Source: Yuukianura sp. NJ FZ-2021 (Eukaryota). Taken from it: a DNA stretch of 64,000 nt. Shown here piece after piece: positions 27,188-43,309 of the stretch. The first letter of the stretch is position 1, and every line of letters starts with the position of its first letter. Location of the stretch: the NCBI GenBank assembly GCA_046563655.1, contig CM102283.1:3348001-3412000 (forward strand). Reading direction: 5' to 3'. The translations under genes and the position numbers were made by a program. The notes beneath the pieces were generated by a model. That model did not search any database and had not been told where the DNA came from. It saw only the letters and a list, made by a program, of their open reading frames with translations.

Positions 27188-28705
27188 TTAAATTTTTTCA
27201 ATGTTAACTTGCTCAGCATCTGGAGGAAAAAGCAGGATAAGATTAATTACACTGGAACTGATCAATTCGAAAAACGTAAGTACTGCCAAATTGTCCAGTT
27301 TGTAGAATCCCCCAACTCGGACTGTGATTGGTCGAAAGGACTTCCACTGCTTCTTCTGATACGGTGTTTGGTGGTCGTCATCCGCTTGGCGCCATTTTCG
27401 AATACATTCCTCAGAGTCATTAAATAGCCGACACAGGGGAGGGAAAACAAATACAAAAACAGTGGAACATGCAATGACAGTGAGGGGCATTAACAAAAAT
27501 GGGAGCCACGGTAGATCACAAATTATCGTATTGTAAACACACACGACAATACATGAAAACAAAATGATTTTCATAAAAATTGTGCCCAATCGAAACGTAT
27601 CTTCATAAAGATTTCCAAAATTTCGAATTCCTTCGTAACATGCAATCGCTGCCCCGCTATTGGTCGACGTTCTGAAAAAATGAAAGATTTTGTTTGGTCA
27701 AATTTTCGTACAGGGCTTACGCCTATTGAAAGGCAGCGGAGTTTTTTTGTTTTCAGAATTTATGAAAGTGTGACGCTCGGGGGTCACATGGCTTGAGAGA
27801 TGAAGAAGTAGAGTGTAGAAAAAACCACTAACTTGTGTGAGATTCGAACCCACATCTCTTCAATCTGGGAAGCTCTCTAACCCTTGGGCTATCAGGCTCC
27901 ATGACTGGAATTGCTCCCAAAAGATATTCTCTAGGGATTCTGTAAAGGTCATTGACCTATCATAAGTAACTCACGTGGTTTCTTCAATTTTGGCGCCAAT
28001 TGTACTTGCACAACCAAAGAGAAACGAGACATAGAAAATCACAAGCGTCCAGTTGAGTGTAGCCAAAATGATTTCCAAAAAACCGAAAATTGTGATATAC
28101 GTGAATTTGAATTTTCCCATGTTCAAATACTTCAAAAAAACTGAAATGATGTACTGCGGTTGTTCTGGATTCTGAACGTAGTTGAACGCATGAGCACAAG
28201 AGTGCATGACGCCAGTGGGCAAAAACAAAGTAAAAAACGACTGGAGTCGATTTTTAGTCAGTTTCTTATCTGCGAATTCAATTTGGAGCCACTGCGTTGC
28301 AACAAGCGAAACTTCATGCTTTCTGAAAAACCAAAATAAAATTCCAAAAACTGAAAATTTGGACCAAAATTTTGATGTTTGAAACAACTTTTTGAAAAAA
28401 ACTGACCTATAACTGGTGTTAATTTGAGCCAGAAGTGGAATGAGGAACAGTGCGTTCCAAACTAATTGAAAAAGAATGACGGAAGGTCTTGCGTTGTTTG
28501 AAATGGAATTTCCAAGTCGTATCATCAAAAATCCAAAATGGCCAATTTGAATTGCAGCCACAAATTTCCAAAGGGCATTCGTAGGCCCATTGTTGGGAAA
28601 ATACAAAAGTCGTTGTTTTGGACGCCATTTGTATGGAACGAGATGGAGGGAACAAACAGCATGAAACAGGAACGAATAAACCAAAAAAGTGGATTTTTTC
28701 AACAT
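27188..28705 (-). CDS. Divergent gustatory/odorant-receptor-like multi-pass membrane protein
   Basis: Several hydrophobic segments; C-terminal FRPITVRVGGFYKLDNLAVLTFFELISSSVINLILL resembles the end of the GR/OR superfamily. Confidence 0.6.
27765..27900 (-). mobile_element. tRNA-derived SINE-like element, copy 2, in the receptor gene intron
   Basis: Reverse strand GGAGCCTGATAGCCCAAGGGTTAGAG (A-box)...GGGTTCGAATCTC (B-box); body shared with 10985-11119. Confidence 0.65.
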
Positions 28706-29245
28706 TTTTGTTAATTTTTTTTGAAAAACTTGTAGCAAATGGTGATTCCTTTTTACTTTTCAAAATTCAACTGAACTTCAATTTGAACGGCGTCATTAGA
28801 TGTAGGACTTTTTAGGAAAAAAATCAATTCCAATTTATTTTTGATGTAATTTATCAGATGGAAGACGAAAAATTGGTAACCTGCAAGGTAAGTAAAACTT
28901 AAAAATTGACAATGCGTTCGCACGTTTTTTTGATTTGTTTTTCATTACTGAACACGTTACGTTAGTGTTTGGTAAGACCTTGATTGGACCTCGTGCCGCT
29001 CTTGTGCAAATATTTGTTTCGATTTACGAAACTTCAATTTCGAAATTCGCGGGAAACTAAAAAAAGAGCGTTTCTTGTTGGTAATCTTCATTTGTGGACA
29101 GATAAAAACATGAATTAGATCACTTTTAATTTTTTTTGTTGAAATTGTAATAATTTTTATTATAAAGAAGCATGCTACGCATGCTTGCTGGGACTTCGCT
29201 CACATCAGGTCCATCGTGGAGGTGATCTATTGGACGCGACTGGGT

Positions 29246-29493
29246 GAATTGTCAAAAATTCATGTGTTCTCTGCTTTCAACTTTTTGCATGTGACTGGAT
29301 TGTCAAAAATTCAGTTGTTCTCGATTTTTTGAATGTGACTGGATTGTCAAAAATTCAGTTGTTCTCGGCTTTTTGGATGTGACTGGAATGTCAAATATTC
29401 AGTTGTTCTCGGCTTTTTGGATGTGACTGGAATGTCAAATATTCAGTTGTTCTCGGCTTTTTGGATGTGACTGGAATGTCAAATATTCAGTTG
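29246..29493. repeat. 44-bp tandem minisatellite, about 5 copies
   Basis: tgtgactgg recurs at 29290, 29334, 29378, 29422, 29466. Confidence 0.92.
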
Positions 29494-29856
29494 TAGGAAT
29501 TTTCCGATATTTCAATTCCACTGCTGGAAATAATTTCCAAATACCTCCGTGAGTCTCTGACTTCGACAAAAATGTTTCCGCATATGGTACGATCAAATTT
29601 TGGTGGGTTTAATTGGGGCGTTCATGTGAAATTCAAAAATAGAACCAAACCAACTGGTTGCTTCGCGGATTCATCACTGCTCATTAGTATTATAATGGAT
29701 AGATAGATTTTAGAAATGATTATTTTTAAAAAATCTATTGCTTTTTGGAACGTATTTATTATAAATATTTTTTAATGTAGAAAAGTACAAAAAAAAAATT
29801 TGCAAATACAAAAAAAAATGTTGGTCTAGCTCGTAGCCTTCCCCGTTTCTGTGCTT

Positions 29857-32800
29857 TTAGCTATCCAGGTGTGTAATCCGCACCTAAATTTTTTTAGTTT
29901 CAAAATTTTGAAATCAAGTAACCATTTTTGAAATATTTTTTTTTGAAATTTATGCTTACCCTGGTTACAGCCGTGTTCGGAAGTGCAGCGGTGTACTCTT
30001 CCATGGAATTGACCATTCTCGGTGCGCTGGCGTACCGGTATCCGCCAGTACCGTCCGGTTCCGGTTCGTGGATCGAGAACGGGAGTCGGTCAAAGGGGTA
30101 ACCCATGGGTTTCGAATCAGGGTACAACTGCCCAAGTACTCCGCAGTATATTGGAGCAGACCGACATGATGCCGGTCTCGGTGGTCCGTCGATAACCGGA
30201 TTCGGTCGAAACGGTACAGCATCTTCTTCGGCATTGGTTGCCATGACGAAGAGGTCAAAGGGCATGCCCAGTTGGGTTCCCTTGGGCAACAGCATATGCT
30301 GCGGATATCCACAACCGCAATCTGGAGTTTCTCTGCGCAAGTCTCTTTCAAGCTGTTCGAATCTCTGGGGCCAACTAATCGTCAGAGAGGAATCGACTGA
30401 ACGACGTCGAATAAAGTTTTCTCCAGGCTCAACTGCACAAAATCCAAAAAACAAACATTTTCAAAATTTCGAAACAGGATTTCAGAATTTTGAAACTTAC
30501 GTTTTACAGTAAAGTAGTCTAGCACAAAGAACAAAGTTCTTTGGTCAAAGTATGTGTATCGATTTCCATGTTCGTCAAAAACTGGTGCCATAAAAATCCG
30601 AATTGAGGCTGTGTTGGATTTCACGTTAGGAGCTTTTTTCTAAACAAAATTTTCAAAATTGCTTAAAATTTGAGAAATTTTTTGAAAATTTAATTTTTTT
30701 TTACAATGGCAATTTGGTATTCAAAATGCTCGTAGTCGAGATGTTTCATGCAGACGTTGATTGGTCCTTGGGCGACAGATCGATTGAAGTCTAAACCACG
30801 TGAGAGGTCATAGGTCACGTAATTCCAGTACGTAGTGAGTTCATTCCTCCGTTGACTCAATGGTTTCACGTCAACATTCTCTATTGTCACTCCGGCCCAC
30901 AGAAGCGGGAATTCTCCCTGTTCAAAATTTTAAAAAAATTAACAAATATTTCAAAATTTTGAAATTTGTTTAATATCCGAAATTACTTCAGTTGGATGAT
31001 AGGGCGGCAAGTAGTGTTTGTGTCCATCCAAAATTTTGGCTAGCGGTAGATGGTATCTGTAGAAAACTGGATCTCTCATGGCTGAAATTAAAAAAAAAAC
31101 GTGTTGACCTTTGACCTTGGCCTTGACATTTAGTGCTCTTTGATTTTTATTCTTCACATTTAGTGATCTTTGACTTTGATCTTGACATTTCGTGACATTT
31201 CACTTTGACGTTGACATTTAGTGATTTTTGGCTTTGACCTTGACATTTAGTGATTTTTTTTTACTTTGACCGCGACCTTTAGTGACTTTGACCTTGAATT
31301 TGACCTTTGACCTCGAATTTGACCTTGACCTACCTCCCGATGGATCGGCCATTACTCCTGGGGGTGACCCTGTTCGTCCATGTGGGTCATGGGAAAGTCC
31401 AAGGATGATGTGACCAGAGTTATGGATGCCATAGGCTCCGTAGTATCTTGGATTAACTGACGTCACTGCCGCTTCAAGCGCGTCCGTCAAAAAGTCTATT
31501 CCGTTTCGGTTGTCCAGGGACACAAAGTCATTGTTGGACTAGAATTTTACAAAAAAAAAAAAAGTTGACCTTTGACCTCGAAATTTTTTTGTTGTTGTCT
31601 CACTGTCAGAAGTCGCCCAGTAGTGACTCCTTCCAGAATCCGACTCAACTGTAGATTTCTTTCTGCAATGGAAAGGTTCATGGGCGTATCTGGAATGCGA
31701 TTGAAGTAAATGTCCTGAAATGTTTAAACAAAATTTTAAACTTTTTTCTAAATTTTAAAATTTCAAAACAACATTTTAAAAGGTCAAAGGTCATGCCTGG
31801 AGGCGGGTATTTGGAGGTCGGTTGCTCCAACTAAGACCGGAGTTGGTTTCGTCCAGATTGGGATAATACGGTTCCTGGATGACGGTGGAGTAGTCGATGT
31901 CGAGTGGAACGACCTTGGGCAGACCGTTGGACAGCCTCTCACTGTGGTACCGTGCTAAAAGACTTTGGTGGAAGTAGCTGAACAGCTCACCGCGGCGGTC
32001 CGGACGCTGCGGAGGTCGTTGACCCGGCATCGTCATTGGCATAAACGGATTAGACAAGTGCCAGTACCTGAGACACGAAATTCAAAAAATAAAATTCTCT
32101 CCAATTCGAAAATTTTTTTTCTAACAAATTCTAAAGTTTTGAATTTTCCAACAAATTCTAAACGTTTGTATCAATTTTCCAACAAATTCTACAATTTGAA
32201 TTTTCCCACAACTTCTGGAGTTTGAAGTTTATCACAAAGTGTAAAATTTTCAACTTTTGTGCCAGTTGTGCAGTTTCGAAATTTTGAAAACTTCAATTAC
32301 CAGTGATTAGCATTCATCATGGGATCTTCGCGAAAATACCACAAAACGTTTTCCGGACCGTTTCGTGTACCGTAGCTTCCGTCTAGAACGATACAGCCGT
32401 CACCCTAGAAAAGTCAAAGGTCAAAGGTCATTCACCTTAGTTTTTAAATTGACGCGCTTAAACATTTTTTGGCGCCACTTACTCGAACATTTCTCGGTAA
32501 GCCTGCTAACCTCTTGACCTCGTTCATAACCGGAGAAGGTACAAACATGCTTGGAAAGATTTCTGTCAAAGCAGGACGCTGGAGGGCGGAAAGTTCCGGA
32601 CTGTGGATCACTGTGCTCATCAAACTCCGGATCCAAACGTTCGGATTAATGTCGCCAGATTGTTTCAGCTGACTTGCTATACACAACCGTTCTGCTGGGG
32701 AAGATGGCGCTGTAATGCAAAATTAAAAAAAAAGTCTCAAAATTCACAGAAAAGAAAAAAAAGAAACAAAAAACTTAAGACAATAGCTCATCCGTATAAC

Positions 32801-33540
32801 TTGGAAACTTTGAAACTTAAATCCAAACTGCAATTTTTCTTGAAGTTTTTGAAATTTTTTGAAATTTTTGAACTTACCGCCCATGATGCTGGCGACTGTT
32901 TGAACAGCATCGACATGTCGGGGGTTCATGCCAAAGAAAAAGTCGGTTCGTGAGCACATGTGACCAATATTGGTCAAATCCTGGGTGAGACGTGGCAAGC
33001 ATGATGTTGCCATTTCCGCTGCCCCATTTTCACTAAACAAGTTCAAAAATTGTGCCTGCAGATCGGAATTCCCGCCACCGTAGCCACCTAAGAATTACAC
33101 CAAAATGTTTAAGACAATAGCAAAAAAAAAAAACAACAAAAACAGAATATCTATTAATTTAAAAACCTAACAAATATTCTTTATACTTTTTTCTCTTCAA
33201 AATTTTGATTTTTAAATTTTCCAACTCACCGTAGCCGCCAAAAAAATAAATCAAAATTTTTAAGACAATAGCAAAGACAAAAACAAAATAAACCAGAATC
33301 CTAAAAAATTATTCTAGAATCCTAAACAGAAAATCTTAATTTTTTTCTCAAAATTTCGATTTTGAAATTCCCACACTACTCACCGTAACCTCCCTGCGTC
33401 TGCGTAATATCTGCGTAGTAGTTGGGTCCATACTCGTACCTCCTGGAAATTCCATCTTCAAGCGCCTGCGCACTATACAATAACTGGGTTAAAACAATTA
33501 CAATTATTAAATTGAATCCAAGGGCTACTGAGGATGCCAT
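29857..33540 (-). CDS. Prophenoloxidase/hemocyanin-family type-3 copper protein with a signal-peptide-like N-terminus
   Basis: YFREDPMMNANHWYWH, RRGELFSYFHQ, HNSGH, AMRDPVFYRYH, CGCGYPQHMLLPKG, PDSKPMGYPFDR. Confidence 0.9.
31100..31330. repeat. Intronic array of TTGACC/TTGACATTTAGTGA units
   Basis: Many adjacent ttgacctt and ttgacatttagtga units. Confidence 0.75.
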
Positions 33541-34596
33541 AATGACCGACGCCCTCATTTCACGCAACTGACTCTGCCAAAACCTAATGTAAAATGTACC
33601 TAACCTAAAGTAATCAATTGGTTAGGTGGTAGCCTTGTAAGCGGAAGTTAGTGAAGTGAATAGTTACTCCCTCCACTGTAATCACACGTCCACGCCTCAA
33701 TGTCGTACCATCCAAAATCACTGCTCAATTAAAAACATCAAAACATCTTGCACAATTAAGTAATCCAAACTCGTTCTGCACTTTCGATTTCTATAAAAAT
33801 TTACTTTTCTTCGTTGAATAATTAGTGCTGTAGTGATTAAAATCTTCAATTGGCTTCCGTATGTGACTAGACTAATAACTTTAACTTATGATGGTTATAA
33901 CTATGTTAAATTTTAACCTAACTATAAGCTAAATTAACTTAAGTGTTATGATGAATCACTTAAAAAAGAAACTAGTTCACACGGGGTGTGTCGATTATCG
34001 TCTTGAATCATCAGCATATCAAGGATGCAAAACAAATTTTTCATAAAAAGAATTAATTTTCACTTTCTTCTCCTTGATGGGTGAGAACTTTTTCAAAAAA
34101 TTTTCCCAATACGTTGTTCCGTTTTAGAAAGTTATAAAAAATGTTCAAAACTTTATTTTCATCAAACTATTACTATGCTTTAACTTGCAGATTCGACTTA
34201 ATTTAAATGTAGCCTCAGTTGTTAACTATAAGTCAAAGGTTAATTAAGTTTTATGCTGACCTTAACCTTAATTTGCCGAATTTTGGCGCATTTCCGGAAT
34301 TTAGTCAAAAGTTTTGGTTTCAAAATCTTTGGCTTATAAAAATTTACATTTTTCTATTCACAGTAATAAACATTTGTTAATTGGGAATGCGAATCAACAG
34401 AGCAAAAAAAAATGTCTCGGTTTACTGCAAACTGCAACACTGTTGCAACATAAATGTCATGACCTTTAATTCAAGCTAAAAGAAATGGTATTGAATGAAA
34501 TGAAATGTATTAAATGAATTAAATTAAATGAAATGTATTTGGAATGTTTTATTTTGTATATTCATTTTGTCTGATGCTCAAATATTCATAAATTTC

Positions 34597-38440
<3,844 letters not shown>

Positions 38441-39360
38441 GGTTTCAGCTCAACGTCGCAGTATCTTCTGCCCAACTGCTCCAGTACTGTTTTATACCAA
38501 TTGAATTAACATTAATTTCGTTAAGATTAACTTTAATTTCGGTTTTAATCTCAATTAAAACTAATCAGTTTACCTTTGATAAACACAGGTTCTACCCGTG
38601 TTCTAATGTCACACTGTAATCATGTCGATCAACCGTGCCCATTTTGTTTATCTGGACACAGTAATTCGGGGTAGTGATGCACTTCAAGTGGATGAAAAAG
38701 TGACGAGAGTGACATGTCAATGTCATTTTGGCCACTTAAAAACAAATTAGGCTAAGGATATGTGCACAAATGCAAAGCATTTTATCAACTATCGTCATTG
38801 TTTGTGACAAAATTTGGATTAAAAAGTGACTACTAAGAAAAGCCAAACGATTTAATCTTTAGCACGTGAATTGATAGTCCGCCCGAAATAGGCTCAAATT
38901 TTGAAGGTCATAAACACATCGAATTGGACATTCCAGTGACGTGTTTTTTGAAAACGCAGTTTTTACCGGAATTCAAGCTTTATTTCAAAATCTTTACACG
39001 TTTAAAATTTCTGAAGATTTTTGAATGTTTTTCCAAATTCCTTCTACTTATATTTTAGGTAATCCGCTCATCTAGCTATCATTTTTGGGTGATTCTGTGA
39101 TCTGTTGATGTAATTGTGTTGTTGATGTAATTGCATTGCTGATTTAATAGTTGCGTTGCTGATGTGATTGTACTACTTATGTGTTTTTGGCTGATGTGTT
39201 TTATGTTTTAATTGATGAATGTTTGCATTGCTTATATCTTTCTTCCTGATGTGTTTTGTGCTTACGTCGTTTGTCTGATGCAATGGCGTGTATCGTGACT
39301 CATGATTGTGAATTTAGAATATCCTGTGATGCGCTTACGATAAGGATGAGTTTAGTTTAG

Positions 39361-41691
39361 TCATGAAATGGGATAAGTTTTGGTTTGGCTGCATTTAAAA
39401 CGGCGGGAAATATACGTTCCCAGCTCACTGTACACCGTTTTTGGACGAATTTTGCCAAATCTCACTTCGTAGAGTAGAGCTAGACTACATATACCCAACC
39501 AACACAAAACCAAGTAGAAACACGTACTAATGTTTCCTCTCAAACTCAATTTGTTCGGTTGACTCTTTTGCCACTTTGTTTCTTCATGTTCACGAAAAAT
39601 TTGGTCTCCTCGAGTAGGGTTAGTTAGGGGTACCCACTTTTCCCACAACCGGTAAATTCCTGAAGACATGAGTAGCAACATTTTTTTGTAGTGCAGGTAA
39701 TTCTCAAGATTGAATCCTTGAATTATTTTTGCAATCGGTTCAGTTCCTTTACGGAAATGGACATATTTCCCACCAGAATCTACTCCTTCACTTTGCATTC
39801 TCATTTCATAATCGGCCAAATACAAATCCAAGTTTAATTCCGACATTACCAGTGCCGTTTTATCACAGAAAGAGAGAAATTCCGAGACTCTGATAAACAC
39901 ATCACTGACTTCGTGAAATCTTGCAGTATGGGCTAAATTTGTCAAAACTCCTACGATGAATGTCTCAGGGAATCTGCGTCTTAGCGTTGCGTGGACTTCA
40001 TTTGGCTCATCGTCGTCGCTTTGTGTAGAAATTGTATAATTTTTAATACGGTATCCAAAGTAGTTACCGCAACCACTCCATTGATTCTTTCCGCTTGCTT
40101 CACTATTTGCAAGACATTTGAATCGAGTTGAGTTCGTAAAGTCTACTATTTTTCTCAAACCAGAATGTTGCGAAATTTCAGCTGGGAGAGAATGATAAGG
40201 TGTCAGTCTTATATGTTTCCTACGGGGGCAAAAACAGGAAAAAAGTGACAAAAGTTCTTTTGTGTTAAAATATTCACAAAAATCCCACCATCTCGTTGCT
40301 TCGAAAACACACTCGTTCGAACTTTCATCGGCTAGTATCACAAAGTCTTCTAGCTCACTCAGTTTGTTGTATGTTTGTGTAATGGGTTTCTCAGTAGTGA
40401 CGTACGAAACAACAACTCCCTTGTATGCATTTGTGAGGATAACGGTCATCAAGAACCACAAACCAATTACACACATTCTACGCCTTCGGGCTATCTTTTG
40501 CCGCGGTTCAGAACATATTTCAACAAGACTTCCGAAAAATACGAAAAGAAAGTCACGGAAAACTGGAATAAACTGAAAAGTTTTGTGGGATTGGACCTGG
40601 ATTGCCCAAGTAGCACAAAGTGTAATTAAAACCAATAAAATGAATGCTGCACTCCATGAGTATGAGTCGTACGGTTTTGTGTAGATTTCAAAACTTAGCG
40701 TATCAGCTGTTCCGTCACAAGTCAAGAAACTTATAGTCTGCATTCCAATTGGAACAAAAAACGGTGCGTACGCAGACGAACCTGTAATACGGCCAACTAT
40801 TTGCACAAGTTGTTTCATCCTCTGTCTAAATCCATCACGGGTTTCGTTTGCAATATATACGTCGTTCTTGTCATTCAAAAGCAACGGAATAAAAGTTTCC
40901 AAAGTGGAATTTTGTAAATGTTGGTGAGGTTTGAAGGGATTTAAGATTTTACTTTCGTCTACAACAGTTACTGTTCCGGCTAAAGCCAACTTCTTACGAC
41001 GATGTGAAATCGGTTTCACCTTGAGAGTTGGCCAAATGTTTCGGAATTTCCTCAACTCCAACACCTCTGTTGTGTTGACTGGGTGCATTTGTAAATCTTC
41101 ATTGTAAAACGTAATGTTGGAAATTACAAATTCCGTTTTGTAATTATCTTCATAATTAATAGTAAGGTTGTAACAAAATACAAGATAATTCCTACCCCAT
41201 GCGATTTCAGAACCGTAGGGACAAGAGTCATTGTGATCCAAAATATGAACAGAAACGTTGCGTCTCAGCCCATTAGTATAACGAAATGTCTCACTACCAT
41301 ATTGTGATTCAAAACAGGATTTGCGATGACCTTTGTACTCTTGATGAACGTTGTAAACACTATCAGGAAATAACACAAACATTTGCAAGTCTTTTGGCTT
41401 TCCCAGAATTTGCCAGTTGTTTATTACATCTCGAGCTAAAGATCCTTCGCAATTTCCATGCTGGTGAAACATGTAGTACAATTTTATGGGAACAGCAAAA
41501 CTGGCAGTAAATTCAAACAGAGTGTTTTCGGCAATTACCAAGTTGTCACTGAGTGGAAACTGATCAACCAGTTCATGTAGATTCTGAATGTTATAAATCT
41601 CTGCGGAATTCACTGAGACAAGTAGAGTCAAAAATATATCTCCAAAAGCACAGAAAAAGGACATCGTTTCAAAACCAAAAGTTCGACCCAT
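39361..41691 (-). CDS. Intronless divergent ionotropic receptor (IR/iGluR-like)
   Basis: About 776 aa ORF; IYTKPYDSYSW before M1, LWFLMTVILTNAYKGVVVS, LMSSGIYRLWE, LSL...FYL before the last TM. Confidence 0.75.
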   Translation of the reverse strand: MGRTFGFETMSFFCAFGDIFLTLLVSVNSAEIYNIQNLHELVDQFPLSDNLVIAENTLFEFTASFAVPIKLYYMFHQHGNCEGSLARDVINNWQILGKPKDLQMFVLFPDSVYNVHQEYKGHRKSCFESQYGSETFRYTNGLRRNVSVHILDHNDSCPYGSEIAWGRNYLVFCYNLTINYEDNYKTEFVISNITFYNEDLQMHPVNTTEVLELRKFRNIWPTLKVKPISHRRKKLALAGTVTVVDESKILNPFKPHQHLQNSTLETFIPLLLNDKNDVYIANETRDGFRQRMKQLVQIVGRITGSSAYAPFFVPIGMQTISFLTCDGTADTLSFEIYTKPYDSYSWSAAFILLVLITLCATWAIQVQSHKTFQFIPVFRDFLFVFFGSLVEICSEPRQKIARRRRMCVIGLWFLMTVILTNAYKGVVVSYVTTEKPITQTYNKLSELEDFVILADESSNECVFEATRWWDFCEYFNTKELLSLFSCFCPRRKHIRLTPYHSLPAEISQHSGLRKIVDFTNSTRFKCLANSEASGKNQWSGCGNYFGYRIKNYTISTQSDDDEPNEVHATLRRRFPETFIVGVLTNLAHTARFHEVSDVFIRVSEFLSFCDKTALVMSELNLDLYLADYEMRMQSEGVDSGGKYVHFRKGTEPIAKIIQGFNLENYLHYKKMLLLMSSGIYRLWEKWVPLTNPTRGDQIFREHEETKWQKSQPNKLSLRGNISTCFYLVLCWLGICSLALLYEVRFGKIRPKTVYSELGTYISRRFKCSQTKTYPIS

Positions 41692-42316
41692 GTTTCCCAA
41701 TTTGGAGTTTTGCTGTATTTCTAAATTCGATTTTTTACACCAACTATTGAGTGTTAGCTTCGAACTACTAAATTCGAGCTTTTAGAAAATTTGGTTCTGG
41801 AATGCTCCAATGGGATTGCATAAAAAGTTTTGCAAAGGTCATAACGTCAATCCGCAAGTTGAAGGACGGGAAGATCTTTACAATCTTTCCTAAACCTATG
41901 ATGATAACGATAAGGAACAAACTAGTTTTTCTTTTTTAATTTTTGATGAGTTTTAAATGCAGATAACGTTTATTTTCAGAAACGCAAGTCTAGTCTCGTA
42001 ATATTATTGACCCAGGTTGTCCGCAAGAATTGACTTTGAACTTGATTTTTATTGCGTGGAATAAAGTATCATTTGTAGACTGCCATTTTCGTCACGACAA
42101 GCCCCTAGAGCCTATTTCAACAGTTTTCTTTTGCACTTGAGGAGTGGACCATTTCAGCATACAAACTTTCCACAGTGAAAATTGTAAATGGAGCATTTGT
42201 AAAATAAAAAAGAAGGAATTTTGGACTAAAAATGAGCAAACGTTTTTCGCCGTTTTCTTATGCCATGTGCCAAGAAACAGATTTGGAAATTGCCGTTTTG
42301 CTGTATTGAATTGTTA

Positions 42317-43252
42317 CAGTAAATGCTCTAATGCAAGCGCGTATTCTAATATAAGCGCATACTCTAATGCAAGCGCGGTTTCAGCGGGGGCAAATTGCGA
42401 TATAAGCGCGGTAGCTAACTTGAGTTTAAAGCAGAGCCTAGAGCAGTGACATCATCTGTTTAACTTCTAATGTTAATTTGACTCAAATCAAAATGTAGCA
42501 CTTAAATACAAGTTTTAAAAATGGTGTAACTAAAAGACGATCGTTTGATCTCAGTTTTAAGTTAAAAGTGGTTCAGTACGCTTCTACTAATACCACGGAT
42601 GGTACCGCAGCTCACTTCGGAATACACCGAAAACAAGTCTTCAGTTGGCTGAAGCAAAAGGATAAAATCGGTAAAAATTTAACTAAATTTAGCTTTCGAC
42701 TCGCGAAAACAACTTTCTAAAGAAGCAGACAAAATGGTTTACGATTGGATTTTAAATCAGCGCACCAACCAGTAAAGTGTCTCCTTCAAATCTATTCGTG
42801 TGAAAGCTAGGGAAGTCTACTCTGCAGTGCTTCAAACAAACGAATTTCAGGCCAGCAGTGGTTGGCTACAAAAATTTATGAAGCGCCATGACCTCAGTTT
42901 GAGAAAGAAAGCGTCGTTGGCTCAAAAAGATCCAAATTCGTTATTTGAGAAGCTTGTTGAGTTCGTCATGTACACTTCCAACCTCGCTGTTACGAATAAA
43001 ATTTCCAACCCAAATATTGTTGCCATGACTGGAATATTTTTTGACATGCCAAGTATTACTACAGTGGGCACAGTTGGAGGAGGCTTGAAGAAAGCAACAG
43101 TGACACCAGCGACGAATGGCATCACTATTAATTGAATTTTGGCTCACTTAAAACTTATTAATTATTCCGGTAATAAATAGTGTTCTAATAGAAGCGCGTC
43201 CGAAAGGTCGAAAATTCTTATAAGCGGCGCGCTTATATTAGAGCATTTACGG
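42317..43252 (+). mobile_element. Internally deleted pogo/Tigger-family (Tc1-mariner) DNA transposon
   Basis: TIRs CAGTAAATGCTCTAATGCAAGCGCG and CGCGCTTATATTAGAGCATTTACGG; TA on both flanks; transposase relics SFDLSFKLKVV and FQASSGWLQKFMKRHDLSLR. Confidence 0.9.
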
Positions 43253-43309
43253 TATTTTTATAATAATAAGAATAAGAATAATAAAACAATGTTATATACT
43301 AATTAACTA

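Noticed and set aside
27830-27900. Functional tRNA gene
   Set aside because: A/B boxes present but no convincing cloverleaf, and a second diverged copy shares a non-tRNA body; better explained as a SINE
29246-29493. CRISPR-like array
   Set aside because: Units are contiguous 44-mers without unique spacers, no cas genes, eukaryotic context
39100-39300. Degenerate TGATGT-rich repeats
   Set aside because: Low-complexity simple repeat with no clear unit or function
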